From Leidyana gryllorum EB-2025a (Eukaryota; Protista; Apicomplexa): DNA of 64,000 nucleotides. A program made the translations under genes and the position numbers. The first letter of the stretch is position 1. Each line of letters starts with the position of its first letter. The DNA lies in the NCBI GenBank assembly GCA_048772705.1, contig JBLWGC010000043.1, positions 489,169-553,168 of the forward strand. The letters run 5' to 3'. Positions 10,814 to 23,804 of this stretch are shown piece after piece. The notes under the pieces are model-generated. The model worked only from the letters and a program-made list of their open reading frames with translations. It did not search any database and was not told the DNA's origin.

Positions 10814-13545
10814 TCATTCGTCACCCTCTTCCTTCTGACTCCCGCTTACCCTATGTTGACTTAAGAACTTCTCCTGAATAACTTTGGCCTTCCATTCTCC
10901 CCAGCATGAGGGCGTGTTCTCTGGCATGCCCCAGGGGTTAGGGGGTGAGGTGGGTTTACCCACCGGTCCCGCCGCAGCCATGCCTACCGGCACCGGCCCT
11001 CTCCAGAAGCCAAGACTGGGCACGGCTGGGGCTGCAGCCGCACGCGGCTCGAGGTCCAATTTCGGGCGTTGTTTCCCGAGCCCCACGGCAGGCACCGTAG
11101 GTACATATGGGAAAGACATCCGTGCTTGGTTAAAGACACCAGGATACCCCGTTGGTGGCCTGGCCATACTGGCAGGGGCCCGTCCCATGGGAGGTCCTGG
11201 GGTCATATACGGCCCAGGCGCAGGGGGTACAAAAGTGCCCGTCCTCAGCGGAGTGGTGGATGGAGGTGGCTGGGGAGCTCCTAAGCGTCCGAAGGGAGCG
11301 TTGGGGACTCCTGAAGGAGTGGGGTGGAAGCTCGGGGCAGGTTTGATACTGCTGGGAGTGGGGGTATCGAGTTCGCTATCGGACTCATCAGAGTCGGAGG
11401 AACTGCCCTCATCCGAGGACGAGCTGGAGACTCCCCTTCCACCTCCAGGCCCGCCACCCAGTGAATCTGAAGACGATGTCCCTGGCGAGGGGAGACGGTG
11501 ATGACCCCATGGGAGGGTGTCGGGTGATCCCTGAAGGGCCCATCGATCACTCAACAGCTCATCACCCATTACCCGATCAAGTTGAGGCTCAGGAGGTGAC
11601 TTGGGCAACGGAACCTCTTCTTCAACGGGTGCGGGCTGTTCGGCACCCATATTCCAGTTGAGAATACGCGGTAGGGTGGCAGGAAGGTGTAATTCATCCT
11701 GGGCTTGCTTTTGTTGGTTGACTAAAGCTTTGAGGTAGAGGAAGAACTGGCGCTGCTTGATGGGCGGTAAGACGTCGACATCGGGTGTATATCGCAAATC
11801 CTGGGCGCACAAAGCCGAGTGGATACCCAACTCGTCTTTCACCAAGTCTAACACCTGAGAAGAGACACATTGTTAAGATCGCGTCGGTCCCCGCACACAC
11901 ACGACTTAACATTGCACACACACGACTTAACATTGCCCCCGCAAGGGTTCACATTGTCCACACAGAGTAGTTTCTTACTGCTTTGCGGTAGGTGACATCG
12001 AGTTCCTTGAAACGTGCCAGCGCCGTCCGTTTCTGACCCACGCTGAGCATTGGAGGGAGGTTCTTGTTATCTGTGGGGGGCACTGGACAGGGCGCTGGGA
12101 GAGCAGAATATGGCTCATTAGCCGCGAGTTCCATTCCGAGGCGCGTATGAGCACAGTCGGGAGTATATATAATGCCCAAACCTTCCTTGGTGGTAACGCC
12201 GGGCGGAAGCTCGCGTTCCTTTCCTGCCTTACTTTTCCCCCGTGCACTTCGCGGGCCTCCGGTGCCGACTCTGGAGTCGTTGTTGGAGGCAACGGGGGGC
12301 TGGGCGGCAGGAGGGCCGACGGAGGACCCCGTGATACTGCCAGCGAGAGGCTGTAGATTAGGCGAGGCTGAGGAGGGAGTTGGCGCTATGGAGGGGACCC
12401 CTGAAGCAGCAGCTTTCACCAGGAGGGCTTGCAGCTGCGCCGCGTCCATAGTGATCTTTTCGCCGGTCGCAACAGGTGCAATCTGTGGGGAGAGGGCAGG
12501 CGATTGGGAAGCAGACTGAGTTGGTGGGGCTGGCATAGCAGCAGGAGCCGCAGGCACTTCTGCCATCGGCTCCAAGACAGGTGGGGTGGGGGGTCGAGGT
12601 TTCAACTTGGCTGGACGCTTGAATACCACATATGGGTTCACCATGTCCTCCTGTTTGAGAAGGTTCTCAAAATGGACTGCCAACTCGTGAGCTGCTCGCC
12701 GCACAGGACTCCCTTCCGGATGGTATGTAAAGGCATTAAAGAATATCGTGCGGACATCTAATTGCCAACGGAACGGATGGCTGTACATATTGCCCTCGAG
12801 TTTCTGTCGTATAGTCTCTGTGTGTGTGTGTGCGAAGTGGAGTGATCTCGGTTGAGGACTTACGGAGGTCAATTGGTGTCTTGACTTTTTCGAAATAGTC
12901 TTCAAGTCCTTCTGCTGCAGGATTAACGGGGGACATGAAGGAAACGGACATTGGGTGCGCCTCTAATTTCGCGAGGACCTGTGAGGCCGCCTCCACCCAG
13001 AAAGCATCAGCGCTCTCGATGATGATAGGTCCTTTCCGAGGCGGAACCGTTAGAGGCTCGGTTATGGGGAGATATTCTTCTTGACGAGGTGGTGGAGCAG
13101 GAGGCACGTCAATCGGCGCCGGGGAGGTTGGAGCAGCAGCCGGTCGATCTATGACAGCAGGAGGTGGTGGGACACTTACAGCAACGTCAGTCTCACATGA
13201 GTCGGCTGTTCGCTTCTTTTTGGTTGCGGGCTGCTGCTGCTCGGTTGAGGGCACCTCCGGAGCAGCGGCGGACTTTGCGGGCGGCGCCTTCCGTTTTCCA
13301 GCACTCGCCTGCCGACGAGGCCGGGCGGTTTCGGACTTGACAGGTGGGGCCGCCGCTGGGGGGGCAGAGGGGGGGGTCGTCCTTTCATTCGTGGTGCTGG
13401 GTGGAGCCGTTAGCTCTCCAAACCGAAATCCGGCGGCGAGAATAGCCGCATTAACCTTCTGTACTTCGCTTTCGCTCAGTAAGAGCTCACCGAGGGCGCA
13501 CCCAGCGCCATGGATAGGAGGGGATAAGGCTAGGGGTTGAGACAT
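10814..13545 (-). CDS. Bromodomain + ET/NET-like domain protein (BET/GTE-like), proline-rich, 3 exons
   Basis: Bromodomain: HPMSVSFMSPVNP..GLEDYFEKVKTPIDL.TIRQKLE...DVRTIFFNAFTYHPEGSPV. ET-like: LSVGQKR...LDLVKDE...DVDVLPP. Confidence 0.8.
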
Positions 13546-13585
13546 ATTCCCTTAACCATGGCACAAAAATCCTCACTGGTTAGAA

Positions 13586-16304
13586 ATGGTGACAAAGACT
13601 GTTACGCAAGATGTCACCCTCAAGGATACTCCAGCTGCCATTATAGCGGCGATCCAATCGGAAGGACGATCGAACCCACCAGCCAACATGGTTTATTTAC
13701 GCGCATGGACACTCAAAGCTCTGGATGAAATAGTAAAAACGAACAAAGTACATTCACATTGCGATGTGGAGTGCGTCAGATGTGCCGTAAACCGCTCAGC
13801 CGCTGACGCTCTCCTCAATATGTTCGATGCGGCAAACTTACATGCCAATTCCTGATATTGGTGCGATATTGCTCCATGCCTCCTGACGCCACCGATAACC
13901 CTCTAAACCTCACCAAAGATCCCTCTGCGCCCCCCTCTCCCATAGCTTCAACCAGTTCGGGAGACAGTGACCTCCTCCCGGACAAACATAACCTCGTCTC
14001 AACCCGCCCTCTCACAGCAGATGAAATACCCGGCCCCCTGACGCCCCCCCCTCAAGAGAAATCAGAATACACTGCTGGATTTGACAAACCGGAGTGGACC
14101 AAATTGACCAAACAGACCAAACCTAACAGACCAACCGCCCGTTCCAAAGCATCAACGAGCAAACGTCGAGACGATTCAACATCTGACTCACCCAATGTAC
14201 CCAAATATATACCCTCCTCCCCAACCGTCATCCGGGAGACCCATTATGACGAGGATGACACCGGGACTGCTGTACGCCCCTTCGAAGGGTCCACCAATCT
14301 CCCTCGCCCCCACCAAAGCCCCTTTCTCACCATACCAGAGTATCGACCCCTCCTCCGACGTCCTGACCCCTGTGCCCATTGGCCAGTCAAGAACTTTCCG
14401 GCAGCAATTAGGTGAGTCTCATGCGGCTGCGGCGCTGTGTGGCTGTTATGATTCCACATCCATACATATTGTCCCCCCATTCGACAGATTGATGAGTAGT
14501 TCCAAAGCTCCCCGCCGAGCGTTAGCCGAAATCAGAGGATTAGCCGGACACTTTGCAGCGTCAGAAATAGCGATGTGAGTGTAGAATACAGTGTAAAGGA
14601 AAGGAGAGTCCACGCTTTGCTGCTGCAGCCCATTGTTGAACGAAGCCGCCACCTCCCGTCAGATCTTTGACTACTTCAAAGACGACGTCCCAAATCTGGC
14701 GACAGGCGACAATGTGTCAGTGTTATGGAATCTGATCGGCTCTGAAGCGGCCGATCCCTGTGACACACTGTGGGGCACTGAGAAGACACCGGGACTGCTG
14801 CATTGGACGATAATTGAGCTTTTCAAACAGATTGAGTCTCGTAACAAACTGAAGACGCCCAATGTCCCGCTGTCACACAGAGACGAATACATTGTCTGCA
14901 TCAGCGTTGCTGAGGTCGGAGATGAGAGAATCCGCGACGTTGCTGTCCAGACGCGTCTCACTGGGATCTTCAGATCCCACGAAGAGCATAGAGCTCCTCG
15001 ACTTGTCGATCCCTCGGTGGCTTCAACGAGTCCCCTCAACGCGATAATCTTTAGTACACTCGACCAGGGACTGGCAATGGTCGAGCGTCTCCGTGACGCC
15101 TGCGAGAGTCTGTACCAACGGATCGGAGTCCCTATTGGGTCGCGGATCAAAGTTAGCGGTATCGAAAGTGAGATGACACCCGGGGCGAAACTGAGGAGTG
15201 GAGACATTGCTCGGCGAGTTATGAATTCAATCCACGGGAGTCACTTTGTGATCCATTTGACCGTCGACAGGCTGAGCTCCTATCTCAGTCAGTGGGCCTC
15301 ACAACGTGATCCCGACACACTGCGACTCGGATCGACCACTCGATACTCGCCGGACAATCTGATTCGAAACACTCTCACCATAGTGGCCGCCGCCCCAGCA
15401 GACTGTCTCACTGTACCTCAATCACGAGCCGTGAGTCCGAGTCCCTTCCAACTGCTGGACCTGATATCCACAATGGTCGACCCCGTTTCTCGGACACCCG
15501 AAACCCTCGCTGCCAACTTGGCACCGTCGTGCCTCACTCGCCTGCTGGACAGTCTTCTGCAAGCGTCAAAGTTCTCCCCACCTCGCTTAGAGTGCCGCAG
15601 TACCATCTGCAGGACACTTCTGCATGTGTGTCTGTTTACCACACCCCCTCCGATCGCGATGGGTTTCTTGAAGTTCAGCCGTCTCCTGGCGCGGGGTCGC
15701 TTGTTGAGGCAGCGGCCGCCGCCCAATCGGTGCAGTAAGCCGCTGGTGACAACCTTTGATCCCATTTTGGATTTGGAACACAATCTCGAGATTGAGACTG
15801 CCAAAAAGAGGAGAGAACGCTCCAACGCGCCACAAGTGCGGGGCTTAGCCCTCGCGGACGTCCTCCGTCCATACGTAAGACACTCTCAAAGCCCTTTTCT
15901 CTCCACAATAATTGAATGTTTCTCTCAGATTATTACACCTGAAGGACTTCGCGAGGAGATTGTGGAGGGGGCCGGAAGGGCGCTGTTGGCAAAGATTTAC
16001 AATGCCGACTCGAAGATTAACCAGTTGGACGACGTGGCTGGCGGAATGGCTCACAGCAATGAGCCCACCTCGGCCAGCACACATCTCCTGGGAGCCTCTC
16101 GTCGTCATTTCGCCACAGCGGCCCCGTTGCAGAAGGCTATGCAGGCGCTGGAGGGAGCAAAGATTATGCAGTAAGTATTCGGATGGCAGAACTTGCGCCC
16201 AACTCCTTTTCTTTCTCAGCCGTAATCGCACCATTGATCATATGAGGGTCGTAGCCGAACAGGTTTACGCTGACTCGATACCGGTTCAACGTCAAAACGG
16301 ATGA
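13586..16304 (+). CDS. Divergent kinesin-motor-like protein with degenerate nucleotide-binding motifs, multi-exon
   Basis: Ordered kinesin-like elements: FDRLM, TSRQIFD, GDNVSV, TLWG..PGLL, ISVAEVGDERIRDV, SHFVIHLTV, SCLTRLLDSL. Gene ends approximate. Confidence 0.6.
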
Positions 16305-16427
16305 TCAAATATCTAATGAGGCCGCCCCGACTTCACACCGAATCGTTGCTGTCACACCGAATCGTTGCTGTCGATCTCCTCATAGCTCTCCTCGGGCGAT
16401 TTGACAGTCTCCAAATACTTTCTGAGT

Positions 16428-17887
16428 TCAGCAACACCCTCCAACCTGTGTGTGCAGTCGAAGAAATGATTGTGGCACGGCGGACAAAACATACCTTCCC
16501 CAATTTGGAGGCCGTCCTGTCGATGCCGTCACTGCCGAAAGGATCTGTGCTCTGTTTTTGTTGGACTCGGACACTCGAGCTCTCAGAGCTGCGATTCGCT
16601 TCTCAGTGTCGGCACACTGCTGTTGCATATTTTTGAACATTCCATCCAATCCGACATCCGGATCTGCGAGGAAACCGAGTTCTCGTCGTTGTTCTCTGTT
16701 GGTCTCTTTGCCAAACTTCCGCCCTCTTATGACGCCCCGATCCTCTCTGTAATACTCATCTTCACTCTCGAAAGGTTTGTTTGCCACGTGGGCGTACGGT
16801 TTGTCGGGCCACATATCTTCGGGAATCTCGTTGGGGCGGGGACTGCGTCTCGCCCCGACAAACGGTTGACCCTGAGTCCCACCTCGAAGCTTCGCCAGGG
16901 CCTTCATACGGCTCGCGAACGCACTCTCGAAGGGAGAGGCGGCCGCCGCCTCGGCCTCTAAACGCTGACGTTCCGCCTCGGCCGCCTTTTCGGCGGCTTT
17001 GGCCTCCTTTTTCTCTTTGCGCTCTTCTTCGCGTCTCCGTCTCCTCCGGTGTTGCTGCTTCTTCTTCGCTCGTCGACTTTTGCGTCGATCCTCATCGCTG
17101 CTGTCGAGAAAGTCGGGGGGGTCCGGTCTGTCTCTCGGGTCGGCGAGATGTCTCTTCAATGTTTTGTCATCCACGTCCTCGTCTTTGGACCCGTAGAATC
17201 TGCGGCATCAAATTCTGCTCGAAAGGGGCAGCACAGCACCACTCACCCGTCAAAGTGCCATCGTTTCAGATCCTTACTGAGATCCTCAATTTGTTCCTCC
17301 GTACTGCTGTCGATTTTCTGCAAATGCTTCCGTACCGCTACATCGTTCAGATCGTTCTGCCCATTACTATCCAACTTTCTCGGACACACGAGTTTACCGT
17401 GTCCCTTCAACGGCAATCCCGCCCTCAGCATTTCCTTCATAGCCTTCCGTCGTTTCTCTCGGGTCCGTTCCGGCAGTCTCGGGCCTTTGAGCATCTCTCC
17501 TCCCATAGACACATTCACCTGCATACTCGCCGGAAAGCGATTTCCGACAACCACGGCACCCGGTCCAGCCTCCGTGTAGCCATTCTTCATTGCATTCTCG
17601 GCCACTTTCAACTCTCTCCGCCGCATCGAATAGGAAGAATCCGACCCATCACACGACGAACACGACGACGACGACGCAGAGGAGGCCGACGATGTGAACC
17701 CGCCGCTTGAGGACGACGATGACCACTCATGACCTCTCTTCTCGTCCCGTCTGGGAGACACGTTGCCGCTTCTTCTTTCATTCGTTGGCCCAGTTATAAC
17801 AATATTGGGTGGGGCGCGTCCGTCATACTCGCCAAACCGCCCCGTGGGCGGAGGGGCCGTATGCAGACCGACTTGTTGGATCAACAT
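16428..17887 (-). CDS. Hypothetical charged, low-complexity (R/K/E/S-rich) protein, at least 2 exons
   Basis: ORFs 17243-17887 and 16428-17174 join in frame via a GTGAGT...CAG intron. Confidence 0.5.
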
Positions 17888-17924
17888 GGTCCAATATCAG
17901 GCACCTCACATGTCTGCACCCCAT

Positions 17925-20019
17925 GGTCGATTCCCCGCCCCCAACGATCGATACTCCGCCCTCCGTCTCGGATCCACCCACCAACCAAAGCCCTTCGACC
18001 GATGCTCCCCATAGTGGTGAAGTAAACGAGGCCCAACCGCCGCAACCGGCAACCCCGCCGACAACCACACACTCTGCGGTTGAAAATGCCTCTCGCTCAG
18101 AGCCGCTCGGAGAACCTGCGGGGGACGCAGTTCCACCGGAGGGTCTCACTCTGCCGATCCCTCCACCAGACACTGCTGAGGACAGCACTGAGGTCAAAAA
18201 ACACCAGCCCGAAACACGACCCGTCAAAGATGGCCGGTACTGGGTGGCTGGTAATGTGGGTGTAGAGTCAGACAACGAGAGACGTCGATTGGAGCTGTTG
18301 AGGGAAGCTGAACGCCGTAGAATATACGGCGGTGATCGAGTTCGCCACGTTCAAGAGAGAGAGGACGATAGACGGAAACGGCAGTCAGCCTATATTCCGC
18401 TACAACTGTTCCACCAGAAACCGGGAGAACATGCAGACGAGGGCGGTCCACTCAGATTGGAAGATCGAGAACGCGACTGTCACCGCCATCGAGCGGTTTT
18501 TCGTTATGTTCCCCACACTCTCTTTTCGGTCGTCAATAATGCCACAAAGAATGTCACCTTTCGCGACGGAGCTTTCAACATGTGGTCAGACGCCTCCGGG
18601 AATCTCTTTAACCCTCTGGCAGATGAAATGGAAGAAGACTATCAGAGAAACTTCCGGGACAATCTCAGACCCAATCTGCGAGGCTTAGATTGGAAAAACA
18701 CTCTCGAAGAGCGCAGGAAACGATTGGAAGACTCTCCCAAACTCAGTGCAGAAGAGATCCAGAAACTCGAGGAGGTCCTCAAGGCTCACGATCAAACAGA
18801 TTACTTCGATCCTCAAATACAATTCGACGCCCTCCTCGGCAAAATGTTACGAAAACAGATCAAAGCTCGCCAAATTGCCAACGGAGACTCAAATGACTCG
18901 ATGCCCTCAAATCTCGGCTCCTCCTCCTCATCCGATCAGGACTCCATGTTCGATTCGGGGGATTCCGAAGATGAGCGCCAACGACGCAGACCGCGTATCG
19001 TCGTCACCACCAAAACGAGAGCTGACGGCCAAAAACGTGTTACTGAAGAGCTATACGGATACTCTTCAACTTCAGAATCTTCCTCCTCCAGTGAAGACGA
19101 AGACAGCTCCTTGACAACCACAAATACAGCCACCCAGTCCTCCCTTTCCAGCTCCGTCAACACTTCATCAACTTCAACATCCTCCCCTACCACCACCGAC
19201 CTTTCTTCCACCAGCGAAAGCAGCACAGCATTGTACTCCAGCTCAACTTCCCTCAGCCAAATCTCCTCGGGGGCTCAGGAGACCACAGACTCCTCTCAGA
19301 CTCAATCTTCACTCGGCTCTTCCACCACCAGCCCTTCCGGCACACTTCAGTCAACGGAATCCCTCGTCAACTCCTCGCCATCTTCGTCCGACAGCCTCGC
19401 CACTTCTTTACCTTCCAGCACTTCGACTAAGTTCCGTCACTCTGACCCGGGACCTATCACACCACCGCTCCTCGCTCATCATGACACCCTTTCCGCAGAG
19501 GCCCTGCCACCCATAGAATTAGTGTCTGATCAGAACCTCCGCAACACTCCATCAATCTCCCCCAGAACAGATGTCTATGCCTCCCGATCATCCGTACAGA
19601 CCCCACCACACACCCACCGACCCTGTCCTCTGCACAGTCCGCCAGTCACCAAACCTCCCCCATGCCCAGTGCACCTGCCTCCCACACATAGACCTCAGAA
19701 TCCTTCTGTTCCTGCTTCCACTGCCAGGGTACAACTCGTACCTTTGGGAAGACGACTCAGCCGAGTTTTCTCACGCCAGATTCATCTTCCACCCAAAAGC
19801 CAACCATCTCCACCTTCTCCTCGTATATTTGGTCGCAATTTCAATCCCATGGTTCAGAACGAGAGATATATGGTCACACCATTCCCACTAAAAGGCTGCG
19901 AACAGATGAAAGAGCAATTCCACAGAGACTTGATAGCCTGCACAGATAAGATCTTTACCAGGAATTTCCCAACTCGAAATGCCAGACACCTTGGACATGT
20001 CGGCCGCAGGCCACGATGA
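17925..20019 (+). CDS. Hypothetical protein with long Ser/Thr-rich and Pro-rich disordered tracts
   Basis: About 700-codon uninterrupted ORF; start taken as the MVDSPP ATG, approximate. Confidence 0.6.
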
Positions 20020-20050
20020 CTTCTGCTGAACTGGATCTATCTTCGCCTTC

Positions 20051-23000
20051 TCAGGCAGAGTCTGTATCCAACGGTGCTTTCTTCACTTTGGGCGGGGGTC
20101 CATGCTTCTTCCCCTTCGACTTGATCGTCACAGGGGACAAATTCTGCCATTTCGGTGCACCTTCGTCCATCGAAACCCGGGTTCGCGTGTCTGACTTTGT
20201 AACACCTTCTCCGTCAGTCATGTCACTGTCAAGCGGTGGCGTCACAGCACTCGTGGTCACGGTCGCAACCCCCTTTGGCCCTCCTCCGGGCGGGCCTCCT
20301 TTCTTGGCGCCAGGAGGTCCTTTTTTGCCACCTTTCACGGGGCCAGGAGACCCCTTGGGAACGCCCGGTGACCCTTTTGGAGGAGCCGATCTACTCTTTG
20401 ACATTTCGTCATTCTGTCCGTCGTGCTTCGACGCCATCAAATCCATCTTGTTCATCGGTTTCTTCATGCCCTTGCTTGGTACTAAAGCCGTCTGTGGCGA
20501 CCCGATGCCCTTCTTGGCGGGAGGTCCCTTCCCAGGTGGGCCTTTCCCGGGAGCTCCTTTCGAACTCGCCATGAGACTGAGCTCACGTTGCCTCTGTACC
20601 GCTTCAAGAGCTGCGGGTCCTTCAGCGTTGAATTCAGTCATCAGGAATGACCTCAATGCCGAGTCACGAGTCAGTGATCCGCGCGATCCGTGCATTATTA
20701 TGCCCAGCAAAGTCTCGCCATGAAGTGAGTGGCGGGGATGGAAGATGTATATCATGATCGGGGGCTCATTCTCTCGCATGCTCAGTTCAACTGGTCTGGG
20801 TTGCGACTCCAGCCCGCCAACAAACAATGCCAATTCCCATTTGAGTACCTCCTCACTGCTTTCGATCTTGGCAAATCCAGATGCTTCATGAATGTTTCGC
20901 ATCTGCGATTGCAAAGCCGGAGAAAGCTGCGCCAGTGGCTGAATGTTAGGGAGACATTATTCAAGTAGATCGATCTGCTGACACTCACTCGAGTACGGAA
21001 GTGCACCTCATTCTTGTTCTGATCCACATATCCATAGCAGACCGAACCTGGTACAACCACGTTCGGGGTCTCTTTTGACAAGGCCTGTTTGGGATTCTTC
21101 CAGAACGAAATACCGCGCGGTTTCGCTCGCAGAAACCTGTTCAGTTGGACTTTGAAAAGCCGTATAATACCAGTCTCACCTGGTAGCCCGTGTTGCGTCC
21201 GCTGGTCTATCAGCCACCCCTAATCCCGTCGGAGTGGCTTTCCTCGTGTCTAAGTAACCCTCTGAATTAAGCTTATCATGCAACAAGTCGAATGCGGTGA
21301 TGGTGGGGCATAACAATTCTATGCGATCTTCGTCTGGTGTGCCGATGTTCCGACGAATCCTGATGATGCGATTCTTCAGTATGGTCACCACCTCGCAATT
21401 GTGCTTCCTCGCGACGTATATGATGCGCCGATCCCCTTTGGATGATCTAAATAAGGTGACTGCTTCCGGAAGAATGCTTATCCAATCCAAGTCTGGCTGG
21501 GGAGCACCTGTTTCCACGCGGACCTGGAAAATGTACTCATCCATATGTCGGTAGGCTTCTCTAGATGCATCTCCTTCTTCTCCCTTCACAAAACCAGCAA
21601 ACTGCAAGGCACGTAGCCAGTTGAAGTACTCCCGAGTTGTAGCGCAATCGAATCGTGACAACTTCGACTTTCCTCCTCCCATGTCTTCCACCAAAGTGAA
21701 CTCCATACGAGCACGGTTGGCATTCGCTGTGGTCTTGTCGGCCGTCATGCGTTTAATAACCTTTGGTTGGGGACTATTGTAATCCTTATACAGAATCAGT
21801 TCGTTATCTCGGACGACGGCGACTCTGAAGAAAGAGACTTAGATGGCAGAGCTCACCCTTCACTTACTCGTCAGTCATTCGCGCGTTGCTCTTGCTATCG
21901 AAAAAGCCGTTCTGCTGGAGCAGCGCTTTCTTGGCTTCGTATACTTCGGAGTCGTCGAAGCGGAACTTGAACTGGTCGCCGCCTTCGCCATCAGGGCTCT
22001 GAGCAATAGACTGTATACAAATATAAATGGGGCACAGAACTCACGATACGAGTTAGCGTAAAGCTTCTGGTTAGATCATCAAAGGTACCGATTGTCTCAT
22101 TGGCCCGCATGACCACAACCGGGGGTTCTCCTTCTTTCTCATATAGGCGTACTTCTCGATCAGCAATCTGAAAGTTGTCAAACACGTCTTTGTTGGGCGC
22201 AGCTTTCGCAGCTGCTGTTTTCTTGGGAGGCATCTTTGGCCGCATTCGGGCAAAACTGCCACGACGAAGATCAACAACACTTTCGTCACTGGAAATGTCC
22301 GAGAAATCCGATCCTGCACGTTTGCCTGGTTTGGAGGCAGCCACAGGTCCGCTTTTAATCGGAGACTCGAGACTGGACATTGAGCTCGCAGCCTTTGGTT
22401 CACTCTTCGGGGTTGGTGGAGACTTGGGCGGCGGGGTCTTGGGACTCGGAGCTTTCTCGGGTATCTCTGGCAAAGTCACCGGGGCAGGTGGCGCGCGTAA
22501 CTTGTCATTGATGAGTTGCTGCAGGTCTCGAAATTGGGTGAGCGTCAAATTGTTTGATTGCGCCAAACCATTGAGCAGATCCGTAATACGACCCAGGTGC
22601 TCAGTGTGAGACGCTTCCTCGCTTAGCTGCGCTCGTCTCAATTCCGTCACCGAACCGGAGAGTTCATTGATCGCGTTTTGTGCACCTTCATAGTTCATAA
22701 CTTGCCATCGGAGATTAGCTCCCAGCACATCTTCCACTTTCGTACAAAACTCTTTCAGGCGACTACTCAGCAGCAGATCAAGGCTGTCATCGTATCCTGA
22801 GCCTTCACCCTTTTGCCCTCCACCGGCACTTTTGATATGCCGATTCAACATCAAAAGAGTTGGTGGTAAAAGCGTCTTCTCCTTGTTTAACAAATCGACG
22901 GTGTCCATCAACTGTTGGATTTGTTGCTGCTGCTCACGTATCTTGCTCCGAGCTTCCATCAACTCCAACTCCGCACTGGCCATAGCCGAAGCCGACTGTT

Positions 23001-23680
23001 GGGCCTCTACCACATTTTGGTGACCAGTGCAAGCCACAACTACTCACCTTCCTGCTTCACCCTCAGAGCACGAAGCATTCGCTCCTGGGTGTTCACTTCA
23101 GCTTTAAGACGCTTCAGACGACCCTGTAACTGGAACTCGGCAGCCAAATCATTCTCCAATCCGGGAGTCAGGGCCGAGAGCTCCGTCAAACGCTCACGAA
23201 GTTGTTCGTTCTCTGCCTGTAATCGTTCATTAATGGACGGTAGTGTATGCAACGCGTTTTGCAGGTTGGTGATCTCTTTTCTTTGCTCCTTTGCATGTTG
23301 TTCGAATTGCTTGATTTGAGCTCCCAAGCGTTCTATCTCTTCATCTTTTCCTCCATCACCAGCGAGATAGCGTGCTCCCAACTCAACCTGCAGAAGGGAC
23401 TTCAAGATCTCCGCCTTCAGAACCCTTTCACCTGTAACAGATCCCGATCAGTTCGAAGAACTGCGTTATTCTTTCTCAAATTGGCAGTTTCTTCAACAGT
23501 ACGATTCTCATCGCGCCGCCTCAGAGCTTCAGCCTCGCGCAATTTGGCCTTCAATTCTTCGACGTGATCACGCTGTGCCTCGACGGCCACTTCCGCCTGG
23601 ATAAGAAGCTCATTTTCGAAGGGATTGTAGTCCCCTAAGGAGGTGATGTTGCGATCCTTATGATTAGCTCTTTCACGCAT
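20051..23680 (-). CDS. Large coiled-coil protein with PH-like domain(s) and Gly/Pro/Lys-rich C-terminus, multi-exon
   Basis: Consecutive minus-strand ORFs bounded by GT-AG junctions; heptad-rich N-terminus; PH C-terminal helix FDCATTREYFNWLRALQ; KGPPG repeats. Confidence 0.6.
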
Positions 23681-23804
23681 TCGGTAGTGTGTGCAGCTTA
23701 ATGTCAATATACGAACGCAATATCAGTTTGAGAGTTCAAGTTTCAGAGTTCAAAGAAAGTACATCGGCCGGCACACACGTGTGCTGGCCCACAATTCTTA
23801 ATAG

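Noticed and set aside
2966-12722. Codon reassignment (CAY read as Asn) suggested by two N-to-H substitutions
   Set aside because: CAC/CAT encode conserved His elsewhere (CPSF73 HFHLDH, TOP1 CNHQR, zinc fingers), so the standard code holds.
11894-16372. Short tandem duplications (21 bp near 11894-11936; 19 bp near 16335-16372)
   Set aside because: Simple slippage duplications in an intron or at a gene end; no evidence of function.
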